A model generated the notes under the pieces. It was given only the letters and a program-made list of their open reading frames with translations. It searched no databases and was not told the origin of the DNA. Shown piece after piece: positions 19,328-27,676 of a stretch of DNA of 64,000 bases (its first letter is position 1; every line of letters begins with the position of its first letter). Source of the stretch: Microbacteriaceae bacterium (GTDB lineage Bacteria > Actinomycetota > Actinomycetes > Actinomycetales > Microbacteriaceae); assembly GCA_947447395.1 (NCBI GenBank), contig CANFJH010000001.1, positions 4,628 to 68,627 of the forward strand, in the 5' to 3' direction. The translations under genes were made by a program, and so were the position numbers.

Positions 19328-20005
19328 ATGACTTACCGTGGATACACTCGTGAACAAATTGCCGGATATATTGACCACACCGTTCTAAAACCCGCGGCTT
19401 CTTCGGATGATATTCGTGCAGCTGTGAAAGTGGCCATCGAGGCCAATGTTGCTGCGGTTTGTTTCCGACCTTCGGACATGGTTTTGGCCAAGGAGTTACT
19501 AGGTGACTCGTCTGTTGATTTGGCTACCGTCGTTGGTTTCCCTCACGGCACTAACGAGGCTTTTGTGAAGGCCTTCGAGACTTCTCTTGCGGTTTCGCAA
19601 GGCGCCAATGAAATTGACATGGTGATTCACATCGGCCACCTCATTGAGGGTCGCGATGATTTGGTTCTTGCCGACATCAAGGCGGTCGTTGAAGCAGCTG
19701 ATGGTGCTTTGGTGAAGGTGATTCTGGAGACTTCTGAGTTGACCGATGAGCAGATTGTTCGCGCTTGTGAGCTTTCGCGTGATGCGGGCGCGGGTTACGT
19801 AAAGACTTCTACCGGCTTTGCTTCTGGGGGAGCGAATGCTCACGTTGTCTCGCTGATGGCTAAGACCGTTCCTGGGCTTGGCGTGAAGGCTTCTGGCGGG
19901 GTTAGAACCTTAGATCAACTGATTGACATGGTTGAGGCAGGGGCAACCCGTGTTGGGGCTTCTGGCACTCTTTCGATCCTCGAGGAATTTGATTCTAAAA
20001 AGTAG
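19328..20005 (+). CDS. deoC: Deoxyribose-phosphate aldolase
   Basis: IDHTVLKP, VVGFPHG, EIDMV, KVILET, VKTSTGF, VKASGG. Confidence 0.96.
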   Translation: MTYRGYTREQIAGYIDHTVLKPAASSDDIRAAVKVAIEANVAAVCFRPSDMVLAKELLGDSSVDLATVVGFPHGTNEAFVKAFETSLAVSQGANEIDMVIHIGHLIEGRDDLVLADIKAVVEAADGALVKVILETSELTDEQIVRACELSRDAGAGYVKTSTGFASGGANAHVVSLMAKTVPGLGVKASGGVRTLDQLIDMVEAGATRVGASGTLSILEEFDSKK

Positions 20006-20028
20006 TCAAGGTGTGCTTTACTTAAGTT

Positions 20029-20808
20029 ATGACTGAGAAGCAACCAGTACTTTATTTATCGCACGGAGCTCCGCCGCTGCTAGACGACGAGCTTTGGATG
20101 AACCAGTTGGCCAAGTGGTCGGCGAACGTGGGCAAGCCTCGAGGAATCGTAATTGTGTCGGCCCACTGGGAATCTGCACCTATCTCAATTTCGGCAACTG
20201 CCGCCAACACCCCACTTATTTATGACTTTGGGGGTTTCTCGCCGAAGTTCTACAACATGAAGTATGAAACCCCGGACGCAACCTGGCTGGGTGACCTCGT
20301 GGCATCGATGATGCCTGACAACGAGCCACTTCACCGCCACGCTACCCGTGGTTTGGATCACGGTGCTTGGGTTCCGCTAAAGGTTATGTACCCAGACGCT
20401 GACATTCCAGTGGTTCAGCTTTCGATGCCGACCAGCGACCCGGTGAAGTTGATGGAACTGGGTGCTCGCCTAAAGCCACTTCGTGATCAGGGCGTTCTAA
20501 TCATCGGTTCGGGCTTTCTAACCCACGGCCTTCCATTCATTCGAGATTGGCGAATCGATGCCGATGCTCCAGCTTGGTCTGCCGAGTTCGACGCATGGTC
20601 GCTTGAGGCTATGCAAAAAGGCGACGTTGATTCGTTGATCAACTACAAGACGCAAGCTCCTGGAATGCCATATGCGCACCCAACGGTGGAGCACTTCACA
20701 CCTTTGTTTATCACCCTCGGTGCTGCCACCAACCCTGAAACTCCGGTTGATCAGAAGATCGCTGGATACTTTATGGGTCTTTCTAAGCGCTCAATTCAGG
20801 CCGCTTAG
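20029..20808 (+). CDS. DODA/YgiD-type (LigB family) extradiol dioxygenase
   Basis: SHGAP, SAHW, GLDHGAWVPL, GSGFLTH, HPTVEHF. Confidence 0.88.
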   Translation: MTEKQPVLYLSHGAPPLLDDELWMNQLAKWSANVGKPRGIVIVSAHWESAPISISATAANTPLIYDFGGFSPKFYNMKYETPDATWLGDLVASMMPDNEPLHRHATRGLDHGAWVPLKVMYPDADIPVVQLSMPTSDPVKLMELGARLKPLRDQGVLIIGSGFLTHGLPFIRDWRIDADAPAWSAEFDAWSLEAMQKGDVDSLINYKTQAPGMPYAHPTVEHFTPLFITLGAATNPETPVDQKIAGYFMGLSKRSIQAA

Positions 20809-23800
20809 ACCACTCGCTCCAAAGGGTTCTTAAATCCCAGGCATTCTCGGCCATTAGGGAAACTCCGTTGATTCCGGTGCGCCTGGTTTTCCCCGAAATT
20901 AGCAGCAATTTTGTGTTGAACAAGATGTGGCTGGAGCGAGCCTGTGCTTCGTCGAAGAATGTGGCGTCGGCTGTTCCATGGCCGTCGTCCAGGCTCACAA
21001 ACACGACTCGTTTACCAGAGCGCATTGGGGGAGTCTGAGTGGCAACACGGACCCCGGCGATCAGCACTTCCGACTTATTTCTCACCGTTAGTAATTCGCT
21101 ACTGTTCAGTACACCCATTGCCTCGAGCATTGGTCGGAACTGCTCGATTTGGTGTTCGGTCACATCCATTTTCAAGATCTCTAGTTCCGCTTGAAGTTTC
21201 TCTTCCTTAGAGAGATCTTCACCGTGTGGAAGCTGTTCCTTGAGGTCGAAGTCAAAGGCGAACTGATCCGGGTCGTCTTTCGGTCTGTTTTTCAAAAGAT
21301 TCAACTCTTTAACTCGCTGCATGACATCGCCTCGGTGGTGTCCGGAGTGTTTAGCAAGCTCATCCAAGGCGCCAACCAGAGCGAGGTTATTCAGGGTTCT
21401 TCGACTCGGTTTTGCTCTCAGATAAAAATCGGCGATATCTAGGTACGGTTGCTCGGCGATGATTCTCTGAACCTCGCTGTCGCTAATGCCCTTCACATCG
21501 GTGAGTGACATTCTTACGCCGAAATCAGGGGTTCCAGGGACGGGTTGCACCAAGAACTCATCGGAAGACTTGTTGACGTCTATGGAAAGAAGTTTCACCC
21601 CAAGTCTTCTGGCTTCGGTAACCAGTAAGCGTCTGGGATACATGCCCGGGTCGTGAGTCAGCAGGCCGGCAATGAATTCGGTGGGGTAGTGAGTTTTCAG
21701 CCAGGCGCTTTGATAGGTGGGCAGAGCGAATGCCGCTCCGTGGGCTTTGCAAAAACCAAAACTCGAGAAGCTGGCCAGCACGGTCCAAACTTTTTCAATG
21801 GTTTCGCGATCGTAACCGCGGGTTGTGGCCTGAGTTTTGAAGAAGCGTTCAACGCTCTGAGCGACTCGCGGGTCTTCTAGGCTACGACGGAATTCATCGG
21901 CTTTAGCCAGTCCGCAACCGGTCATCTTGTCGAAAATTCTTAGGACGTGTTCGTGGAAAATAACCACGCCGAAAGTTTCCTGCAGAATGGGTCGTAGGTC
22001 TTGGTGGAGATACTTTGGTTTAGCGAAACCGTGACGCCCATCCAGGTAGGGGGCAATCATGTTGCCCTTCATCGGGCCTGGTCGAAAGAGTGAAATCTGA
22101 ATGGTGAGGTCGTTGAATTCGGTGGGTTGATGCTTTCCCGTAAGTTCACGTTGTCCTGGGCTTTCAATCTGAAAAATGCCAAGGGTATTAGTGGTTCTAA
22201 TAAGTTCAAAGGTTTTCGGGTCATCTTTGGGAATGTCGTCGAGCTCTAGAGAAATGTTTTTGGTCTTCTCGATCTCTCGAACCGCGTAGGCCATGGCACT
22301 CTGCATCCTGACACCAAGAACATCCAACTTCAACATACCCATTGGGTCCATGTCGTCCTTGTCGTATTGACTCATTGGAAGGCCCATGCCGCTGGTTTCC
22401 ACAGGGGTCAGATTTAGCAGGTTGCCGTCTCCCAAAATCACACCGCAGGGATGCATCGAAATGTGTCGTGGGAGTCGATCAAGGCGTTCGGTGATATCGA
22501 CCAGTAGGTTCATCTTGCGGTCAGACTCTAGAGCCGCATTCAGTTTGGCAAGTTCCGGCTTGCTTTCCGCTGCGTGGCGGAAACTCCTGGCGCTAAAACG
22601 CCACATGTTCTTGGCGATTTCGTCGATTTCTTCCTCGTCCAGGCCGAGCGCTAGCCCCGAGTCTCGCATTGCACCACGTCCGCGGTAGGTCGATTGCATC
22701 GATAGCAGGGTCACACGTTCGGAACCGTAACGTTTGAATATGGCTCGATAAATATCGTGCCTTCTTGCCGATTCAACATCGATATCGATGTCGGGAAGGC
22801 TGGAGCGTTCGGTGGATAGAAACCGTTCAAAAAGCAGGTCGTGTTCAATCGGGTCGACCCCGCTAATGCCCAGTAGATAGTTGGTAAGTGAGCCCGCGCC
22901 AGAACCTCTGGCTGCAATTCGAATTCGCATGTCTCGAATCATTTGGGCAACATCGGCCACGGTCAGAAAATAGGTGGCAAAGCCGAGCTGGTTGATTGTG
23001 ATTAATTCTTTGCTGAGTCGGTGTTTCACCTCGACTAACTTCTTTTCCTTGGCGCCTGGGTAGCGCCAGTCGATTGCGGCGTGGGCCTTCTGCCACAAAA
23101 CTTCGAACGGGTTACCTTCGATTCCGAGCAGGGATTTTTCCGGTGTCTTTGGTTTGCCCCAACCGCAATCTTTCTCTGGGCTTAGTTCGCACTTTTGGGC
23201 AAGCTGTTCGGTGGTCTCGAGCAGCTTTTTAGTGCGCGTTCGATCTTCGGTGATCTCTTCGGCAATTCGGTGCATGAGGTGTGCGGGCTTAAGCCAACCT
23301 TGAGCATTCGGTTGCGGTTCGAAGTTTCCCAGTGGCTCTAAGTGTCTCGCCGAATCTAGGACGTCGGCCGTTAGCGCGTCGTCTGGGCTTAGGTAGCGAA
23401 CCGAATTTGTGAGTATTGCGGGTATGCCGAGGTTATCCGCCAGTTGCATCATGCGTCTGGCTTGAGTTAGTGAATAGGCTGTTCCCGGTTCGGTTAGGTG
23501 GGTGGTGATTTCAACCGCTAGAGCGCCCTTTCCAGGGAGAGCCTTTAGCCACTTGATCAAAATTCCAGCTGCGGTGGTTCGATCTTCGGTAAGCGCGGCG
23601 CGTCCGAAGTTGCTGTCTGGGCCGAGTAATACGGTGGCAACAGTGAGGCCGTCCCGGTCGATGTGTTTGGCGAGCTTCTCTAGCCGAATTCCGGCTTCCT
23701 TACGTTTCACCGTGTTTGCTTCCGAAACCACCCGGCAAAGCGCGGCCCAACCAATTCCACCGTCGCCACCATGAGCCAGGATCACGCAACGCGCGATTGG

Positions 23801-24025
23801 CTCGTCTTGGTTATTCAAAATGTTCAGGCTTACCCCAACGATTGGGTTCAGCCCAAGCTTCAGGCAGGCTCCGATGTGTTTTATGGCTCCGTAGAGGCCG
23901 CCTCGGTCGGTTATTGCCAATGCGCGCTCGGCCCTGGCGGCGGCAGCCTCCGCCAATAACTCGGGTCGAGTGACCCCGTAGTGACCGGAAAAGGCTGAGG
24001 CCACATTCAGATGGGTGAATGTCAT
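20783..24025 (-). CDS. dnaE2: Error-prone DNA polymerase III alpha subunit DnaE2
   Basis: Degenerate PHP domain, RGSGAGS, PDIDID, KLDVLG, FCKAH, OB fold QTPPMRSGKRVVF; ATG overlaps the DUF6504 stop. Confidence 0.93.
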   Translation of the reverse strand: MTFTHLNVASAFSGHYGVTRPELLAEAAAARAERALAITDRGGLYGAIKHIGACLKLGLNPIVGVSLNILNNQDEPIARCVILAHGGDGGIGWAALCRVVSEANTVKRKEAGIRLEKLAKHIDRDGLTVATVLLGPDSNFGRAALTEDRTTAAGILIKWLKALPGKGALAVEITTHLTEPGTAYSLTQARRMMQLADNLGIPAILTNSVRYLSPDDALTADVLDSARHLEPLGNFEPQPNAQGWLKPAHLMHRIAEEITEDRTRTKKLLETTEQLAQKCELSPEKDCGWGKPKTPEKSLLGIEGNPFEVLWQKAHAAIDWRYPGAKEKKLVEVKHRLSKELITINQLGFATYFLTVADVAQMIRDMRIRIAARGSGAGSLTNYLLGISGVDPIEHDLLFERFLSTERSSLPDIDIDVESARRHDIYRAIFKRYGSERVTLLSMQSTYRGRGAMRDSGLALGLDEEEIDEIAKNMWRFSARSFRHAAESKPELAKLNAALESDRKMNLLVDITERLDRLPRHISMHPCGVILGDGNLLNLTPVETSGMGLPMSQYDKDDMDPMGMLKLDVLGVRMQSAMAYAVREIEKTKNISLELDDIPKDDPKTFELIRTTNTLGIFQIESPGQRELTGKHQPTEFNDLTIQISLFRPGPMKGNMIAPYLDGRHGFAKPKYLHQDLRPILQETFGVVIFHEHVLRIFDKMTGCGLAKADEFRRSLEDPRVAQSVERFFKTQATTRGYDRETIEKVWTVLASFSSFGFCKAHGAAFALPTYQSAWLKTHYPTEFIAGLLTHDPGMYPRRLLVTEARRLGVKLLSIDVNKSSDEFLVQPVPGTPDFGVRMSLTDVKGISDSEVQRIIAEQPYLDIADFYLRAKPSRRTLNNLALVGALDELAKHSGHHRGDVMQRVKELNLLKNRPKDDPDQFAFDFDLKEQLPHGEDLSKEEKLQAELEILKMDVTEHQIEQFRPMLEAMGVLNSSELLTVRNKSEVLIAGVRVATQTPPMRSGKRVVFVSLDDGHGTADATFFDEAQARSSHILFNTKLLLISGKTRRTGINGVSLMAENAWDLRTLWSEWSKRPELSA

Positions 24026-24315
24026 GGGTAAATCAGCAGCAAGCGCCAATCGTCGCGGTCGACGCTGTGGATAAGTTCGTATTGTTGACAGGTTTTCTGA
24101 TGAAGGTCACTGGCCAGTAGACGCCACATTTCAATCTCGATTATGTCGCTGCCAATTCCGCGCTCCGCCCGGCTAGCCTCTTTCCACCACTCGCGTCGAA
24201 CGAACCAGCGTGTGGGTTTATTGGCCACCAAGAAATTGGCGTTGCGCCACTTAAAGCCGATTGGCTCACCGGTGCCATTGACTGCGACAGCCACTTTTTC
24301 ATCTACGCGAATCAT
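24022..24315 (-). CDS. DUF6504-family protein (resembles a stand-alone ImuB C-terminal domain)
   Basis: P..F.WR, RW....WW, EMWRL, W.L..IY pattern; directly upstream of dnaE2; GGGAGG SD. Confidence 0.75.
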   Translation of the reverse strand: MIRVDEKVAVAVNGTGEPIGFKWRNANFLVANKPTRWFVRREWWKEASRAERGIGSDIIEIEMWRLLASDLHQKTCQQYELIHSVDRDDWRLLLIYP

Positions 24316-24335
24316 GCGTAACCCTCCCGAAAGTC

Positions 24336-24355
24336 ATTCGAACAATTGTTCGAAT
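24336..24355. promoter_or_regulatory. LexA (SOS) box
   Basis: Perfect 20-bp palindrome ATTCGAACAATTGTTCGAAT containing TCGAAC-N4-GTTCGA. Confidence 0.92.
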
Positions 24356-24361
24356 ATCAAG

Positions 24362-24383
24362 AGTGTATGAATGACCACCGACA
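24362..24383 (-). promoter_or_regulatory. PafBC-type (RecA-NDp) DNA-damage promoter
   Basis: Minus strand TGTCGG-TGGTCATTCA-TACACT matches TGTCGG-N10-TA-N3-T exactly. Confidence 0.8.
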
Positions 24384-24408
24384 TTGCAAATCGGCTACGG
24401 CGTGTTGC

Positions 24409-25125
24409 CTAAATTGATTTGATCAGGCTCTCGTTATTCACGCTGACCTTGCCGACTTCCTGGGAAACCGGCTGGAAAAGCACTTCTTGCATAACCTCAT
24501 CGGAACCTTCTGTTGCGGCCTTCAAAAGGTCCAAATCACCTTCGATGTGAGGGTCGATCCAGGCTTCGAAGGTGTCTGGGGTGAGCAAGACCGGGTTGCG
24601 GTCGTGAATGTGGGCAAGTTCTGGCGCGGTGTCTTTGGTGAGCGTTGTTGCTGATAGTAACCACTTGCCGTCGGCAGGGTTTTTCCACCATTCATAGAGC
24701 CCAGCCAACGCAAACATGCCTTCGTCGCCCGCATGAATGTAAAAAGGCTGCTTGCTGCCATCTGGCTTCACCTGCCACTCGTAGTAGCCACTGGCAGGAA
24801 TTACGCAACGACGGCGAATCACCGAATCTTTGAAGCTTGGCTTTTCTAGGATGGTTTCGATTCGACCGTTGATCAGGGGAGCACCGGCGGCGTCCTTGGC
24901 CCAACGTGGCACAAGCCCCCAACGAGCAGCATGGATTTCACGGTGTAACTCTCCGAGAGGAGATCCGTCGGCTGCTTTTTCAAATGAACGATCAACCACA
25001 ATGGCGATTGGTTGGGTTGGAGCAATGTTGTAACTAATGCCAGGAACATCCCCGACAATCTCATCCGTCTCGAAAATGGTGAGTATTTCACCAACGGTTT
25101 TAGCTACGACAAATCTTCCGCACAT
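24409..25125 (-). CDS. SOS response-associated peptidase (SRAP/YedK/HMCES family abasic-site protection protein)
   Basis: N-terminal MCGRF, YNIAPT, WGLVP, GYYEW, IHDR.PV. Confidence 0.93.
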   Translation of the reverse strand: MCGRFVVAKTVGEILTIFETDEIVGDVPGISYNIAPTQPIAIVVDRSFEKAADGSPLGELHREIHAARWGLVPRWAKDAAGAPLINGRIETILEKPSFKDSVIRRRCVIPASGYYEWQVKPDGSKQPFYIHAGDEGMFALAGLYEWWKNPADGKWLLSATTLTKDTAPELAHIHDRNPVLLTPDTFEAWIDPHIEGDLDLLKAATEGSDEVMQEVLFQPVSQEVGKVSVNNESLIKSI

Positions 25126-25256
25126 AGATCCAAGATTACTTGCAAAATAAATCGTTTGGATGCGAACGAAGTTAGGTATACCTTTGTAGATTTTCAGTGA
25201 AACTGGGAGAAGACTGTGAGTGAACGAAATGAAAACCGTTCAGAAAGGTTCGAACT

Positions 25257-26645
25257 TTGTCTACCCTCGACCTATCACGTTGGCAATTTGGCTTAACGAC
25301 CGTCTATCACTTCTTGTTTGTCCCAATCACTATCGGAATGGTGCTGTTGGTGGCAATCCTTCAAACAATCTGGACCAAGACAGGTGATGAAAAGTTCCTT
25401 CGCCTCACCAAATTCTTCGGCAAGATTTTCCTCATCAACTTCGCAATGGGAGTCGTGACCGGAATCGTCCAAGAGTTCCAATTCGGAATGAACTGGTCAG
25501 ACTACTCACGATTTGTTGGAGATATCTTTGGTGCACCGCTAGCCATGGAAGGACTTCTAGCGTTCTTCTTTGAGTCCACCTTCATCGGTTTGTGGATTTT
25601 CGGTTGGGGTCGACTCAGTAAAAAAATTCACCTTGCTACTATTTGGGTCACGACTCTGGGCGTTTGGCTATCTGCTTACTTCATCTTGGCTGCAAACTCT
25701 TTCATGCAGCACCCTGTCGGTTTTGACATCAATGAGGTGAAGAACCGCGCCGAGTTGGTTGACATTGGCGCAGTCCTAACCAACATCGTTGCCTTGAACC
25801 AGTTTCCGCACACAATAACAGCATCCATCATGATGGCTGGAGCGGTCTTGGTTGGCGTATCGGCCTATCACCTCAAACGTGGTCAGTACCTATCAAGCAT
25901 GAAGACATCGCTGAAGCTCGGGCTTTGGACTGTACTTGCTGGTGGACTGGGAACGCTAATCTCCGGTGATGGTCTTGGTCTCGCCATGGTTAAGACTCAA
26001 CCGATGAAGATGGCAGCGGCGGAAGCGCTTTATAACACCTCAAAAAACGCTTCGTTTTCAATCTTCACTTTAGGTACTCCTGATGGTCATTCTGAGCTTT
26101 TCTCCATTCGAATCCCAAACCTTCTATCGTTTCTTTCAACTCACACACTCGATGGCCAAGTTGAGGGTCTGAACGACCTGCAGGCTCAGTACGTAACCGC
26201 CTATGGTCCAGGTAACTACATGCCAATCATTTGGCTAACTTACTGGGCTTTCAGATGGATGATCGGCCTCGGCGCTTTGGCCATGCTGATCGCAGTGATT
26301 GGCCTTTGGATAACTCGTAAGGGAAACGTGAACCTAAAGAAGTGGCAGTGGAATACTGCCATCTGGATGGTCCCACTTCCACTGCTCGCAATCTCAGTTG
26401 GCTGGATGTTCACCGAAATGGGGCGTCAGCCATGGATTGTCTTTGGTCTCATGAAAACCGCTGATGGTGTATCCCCAGGAGTGTCGGCTTCAGACGTGCT
26501 GATCTCACTGATTGTTTTCACCTTGCTCTACGGGGTTCTCGCGGTCGTGGAATTCAAACTCCTGATGAAAGCGGTAAAGGCTGGTCCAAACGATGACCTA
26601 ATCGCCGAAACTGCGGACGTCGACAAACTAACCGTTGCTTACTAA
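25257..26645 (+). CDS. cydA: Cytochrome bd ubiquinol oxidase subunit I
   Basis: SRWQFG...YHFLFVP, QEFQFGMNW, QPMKMAAAE, EMGRQPW. Confidence 0.97.
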   Translation: MSTLDLSRWQFGLTTVYHFLFVPITIGMVLLVAILQTIWTKTGDEKFLRLTKFFGKIFLINFAMGVVTGIVQEFQFGMNWSDYSRFVGDIFGAPLAMEGLLAFFFESTFIGLWIFGWGRLSKKIHLATIWVTTLGVWLSAYFILAANSFMQHPVGFDINEVKNRAELVDIGAVLTNIVALNQFPHTITASIMMAGAVLVGVSAYHLKRGQYLSSMKTSLKLGLWTVLAGGLGTLISGDGLGLAMVKTQPMKMAAAEALYNTSKNASFSIFTLGTPDGHSELFSIRIPNLLSFLSTHTLDGQVEGLNDLQAQYVTAYGPGNYMPIIWLTYWAFRWMIGLGALAMLIAVIGLWITRKGNVNLKKWQWNTAIWMVPLPLLAISVGWMFTEMGRQPWIVFGLMKTADGVSPGVSASDVLISLIVFTLLYGVLAVVEFKLLMKAVKAGPNDDLIAETADVDKLTVAY

Positions 26646-26662
26646 GAATTGAGAATTGAAAA

Positions 26663-27667
26663 ATGCAACTAAATGAAATTTGGTTCCTAATTGTCGGAGT
26701 GCTATTTATCGGCTACTTCGTACTAGACGGCTTCGACTTTGGTGTTGGTATGGCAATCCCATTCATCAGCAAGGACGACATCGACCGTCGAGTTGTCATC
26801 AACACCATCGGTCCAGTTTGGGACATGAATGAAACCTGGGTATTGGTAGCGGGTGCAAGCCTGTTCGCCGCTTTTCCGGAGTGGTATGCGTCGCTGTTCA
26901 GCGGCTTCTACCTCGCCTTATTGCTGATGTTAGCGGCTCTGATTCTTCGAGGAGTTGCTTTTGAATATCGCGGTAAAGGCGAGACCCAGAAGTGGAAAAA
27001 CACCTTTGACTGGATGATTTTCATCGGGTCGGCCGTTCCGGCACTACTCTGGGGAACAGCATTCAGTAACATCGTTCAAGGTGTTCCGCTAAACGAGAAG
27101 CACATCTTCACCGGAAACCTACTTACCCTTCTAAACCCTTATGGTTTGCTGGGTGGGCTTGTTACGTTGACACTTTTCTTTACTTACGGTTTGGTGTTTA
27201 TCACGCTAAAGACCGAAGGTGAAGTTCGTGATCGAGCTCGCGCGCTTGCAACCAAGGTGGGAGTAGTAGCAACTCTGCTTGCGGCTGGCTTCTTGGTTTG
27301 GACCGTGGTGGCACACTTTAGCTGGCTAGGTTTAGCACTAAGTGGGCTGGCGGCAGTGTCACTGATTGGTGCACTACTCCTAAATCACTTTGGACGTGAT
27401 GGTTGGTCATTTGTTTTGCTTGTGACCACGGTTATGTCGGCCGTCGGTTCGTTGTTTGCAGCGCTTTTCCCAAATGTGCTTCCATCAACCACAAACCCTG
27501 CGTATTCACTAACTATTGAGAACGCGTCTTCCACCCCGTACACGCTAACGGTGATGACTTGGGTTGTTGTTTGCTGCCTACCTCTAGTGCTTGGTTACCA
27601 GGCTTGGACTTACTGGGTGTTCAGCAAGCGCGTTAGTCGCAAGAACATTCCTGCTGGCGCACACTAG
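26663..27667 (+). CDS. cydB: Cytochrome bd ubiquinol oxidase subunit II
   Basis: LDGFDFGVG, IGPVWDMNETW, RGVAFEYR. Confidence 0.96.
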   Translation: MQLNEIWFLIVGVLFIGYFVLDGFDFGVGMAIPFISKDDIDRRVVINTIGPVWDMNETWVLVAGASLFAAFPEWYASLFSGFYLALLLMLAALILRGVAFEYRGKGETQKWKNTFDWMIFIGSAVPALLWGTAFSNIVQGVPLNEKHIFTGNLLTLLNPYGLLGGLVTLTLFFTYGLVFITLKTEGEVRDRARALATKVGVVATLLAAGFLVWTVVAHFSWLGLALSGLAAVSLIGALLLNHFGRDGWSFVLLVTTVMSAVGSLFAALFPNVLPSTTNPAYSLTIENASSTPYTLTVMTWVVVCCLPLVLGYQAWTYWVFSKRVSRKNIPAGAH

Positions 27668-27676
27668 GGGTTTGCT

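Noticed and set aside
24066-24074. Perfect DnaA box (TTATCCACA, minus strand) inside the DUF6504 gene
   Set aside because: A single 9-mer in coding sequence is expected by chance in a window this size; no cluster.
18589-25125. Possible genomic island integrated at tRNA-Ala
   Set aside because: No integrase and no duplicated tRNA 3' end seen; a normal terminator follows the tRNA directly.
25146-25256. Rex operator or second SOS box upstream of cydA/SRAP
   Set aside because: No good match to TTGTGAA-N4-TTCACAA or TCGAAC-N4-GTTCGA; only short imperfect inverted repeats.
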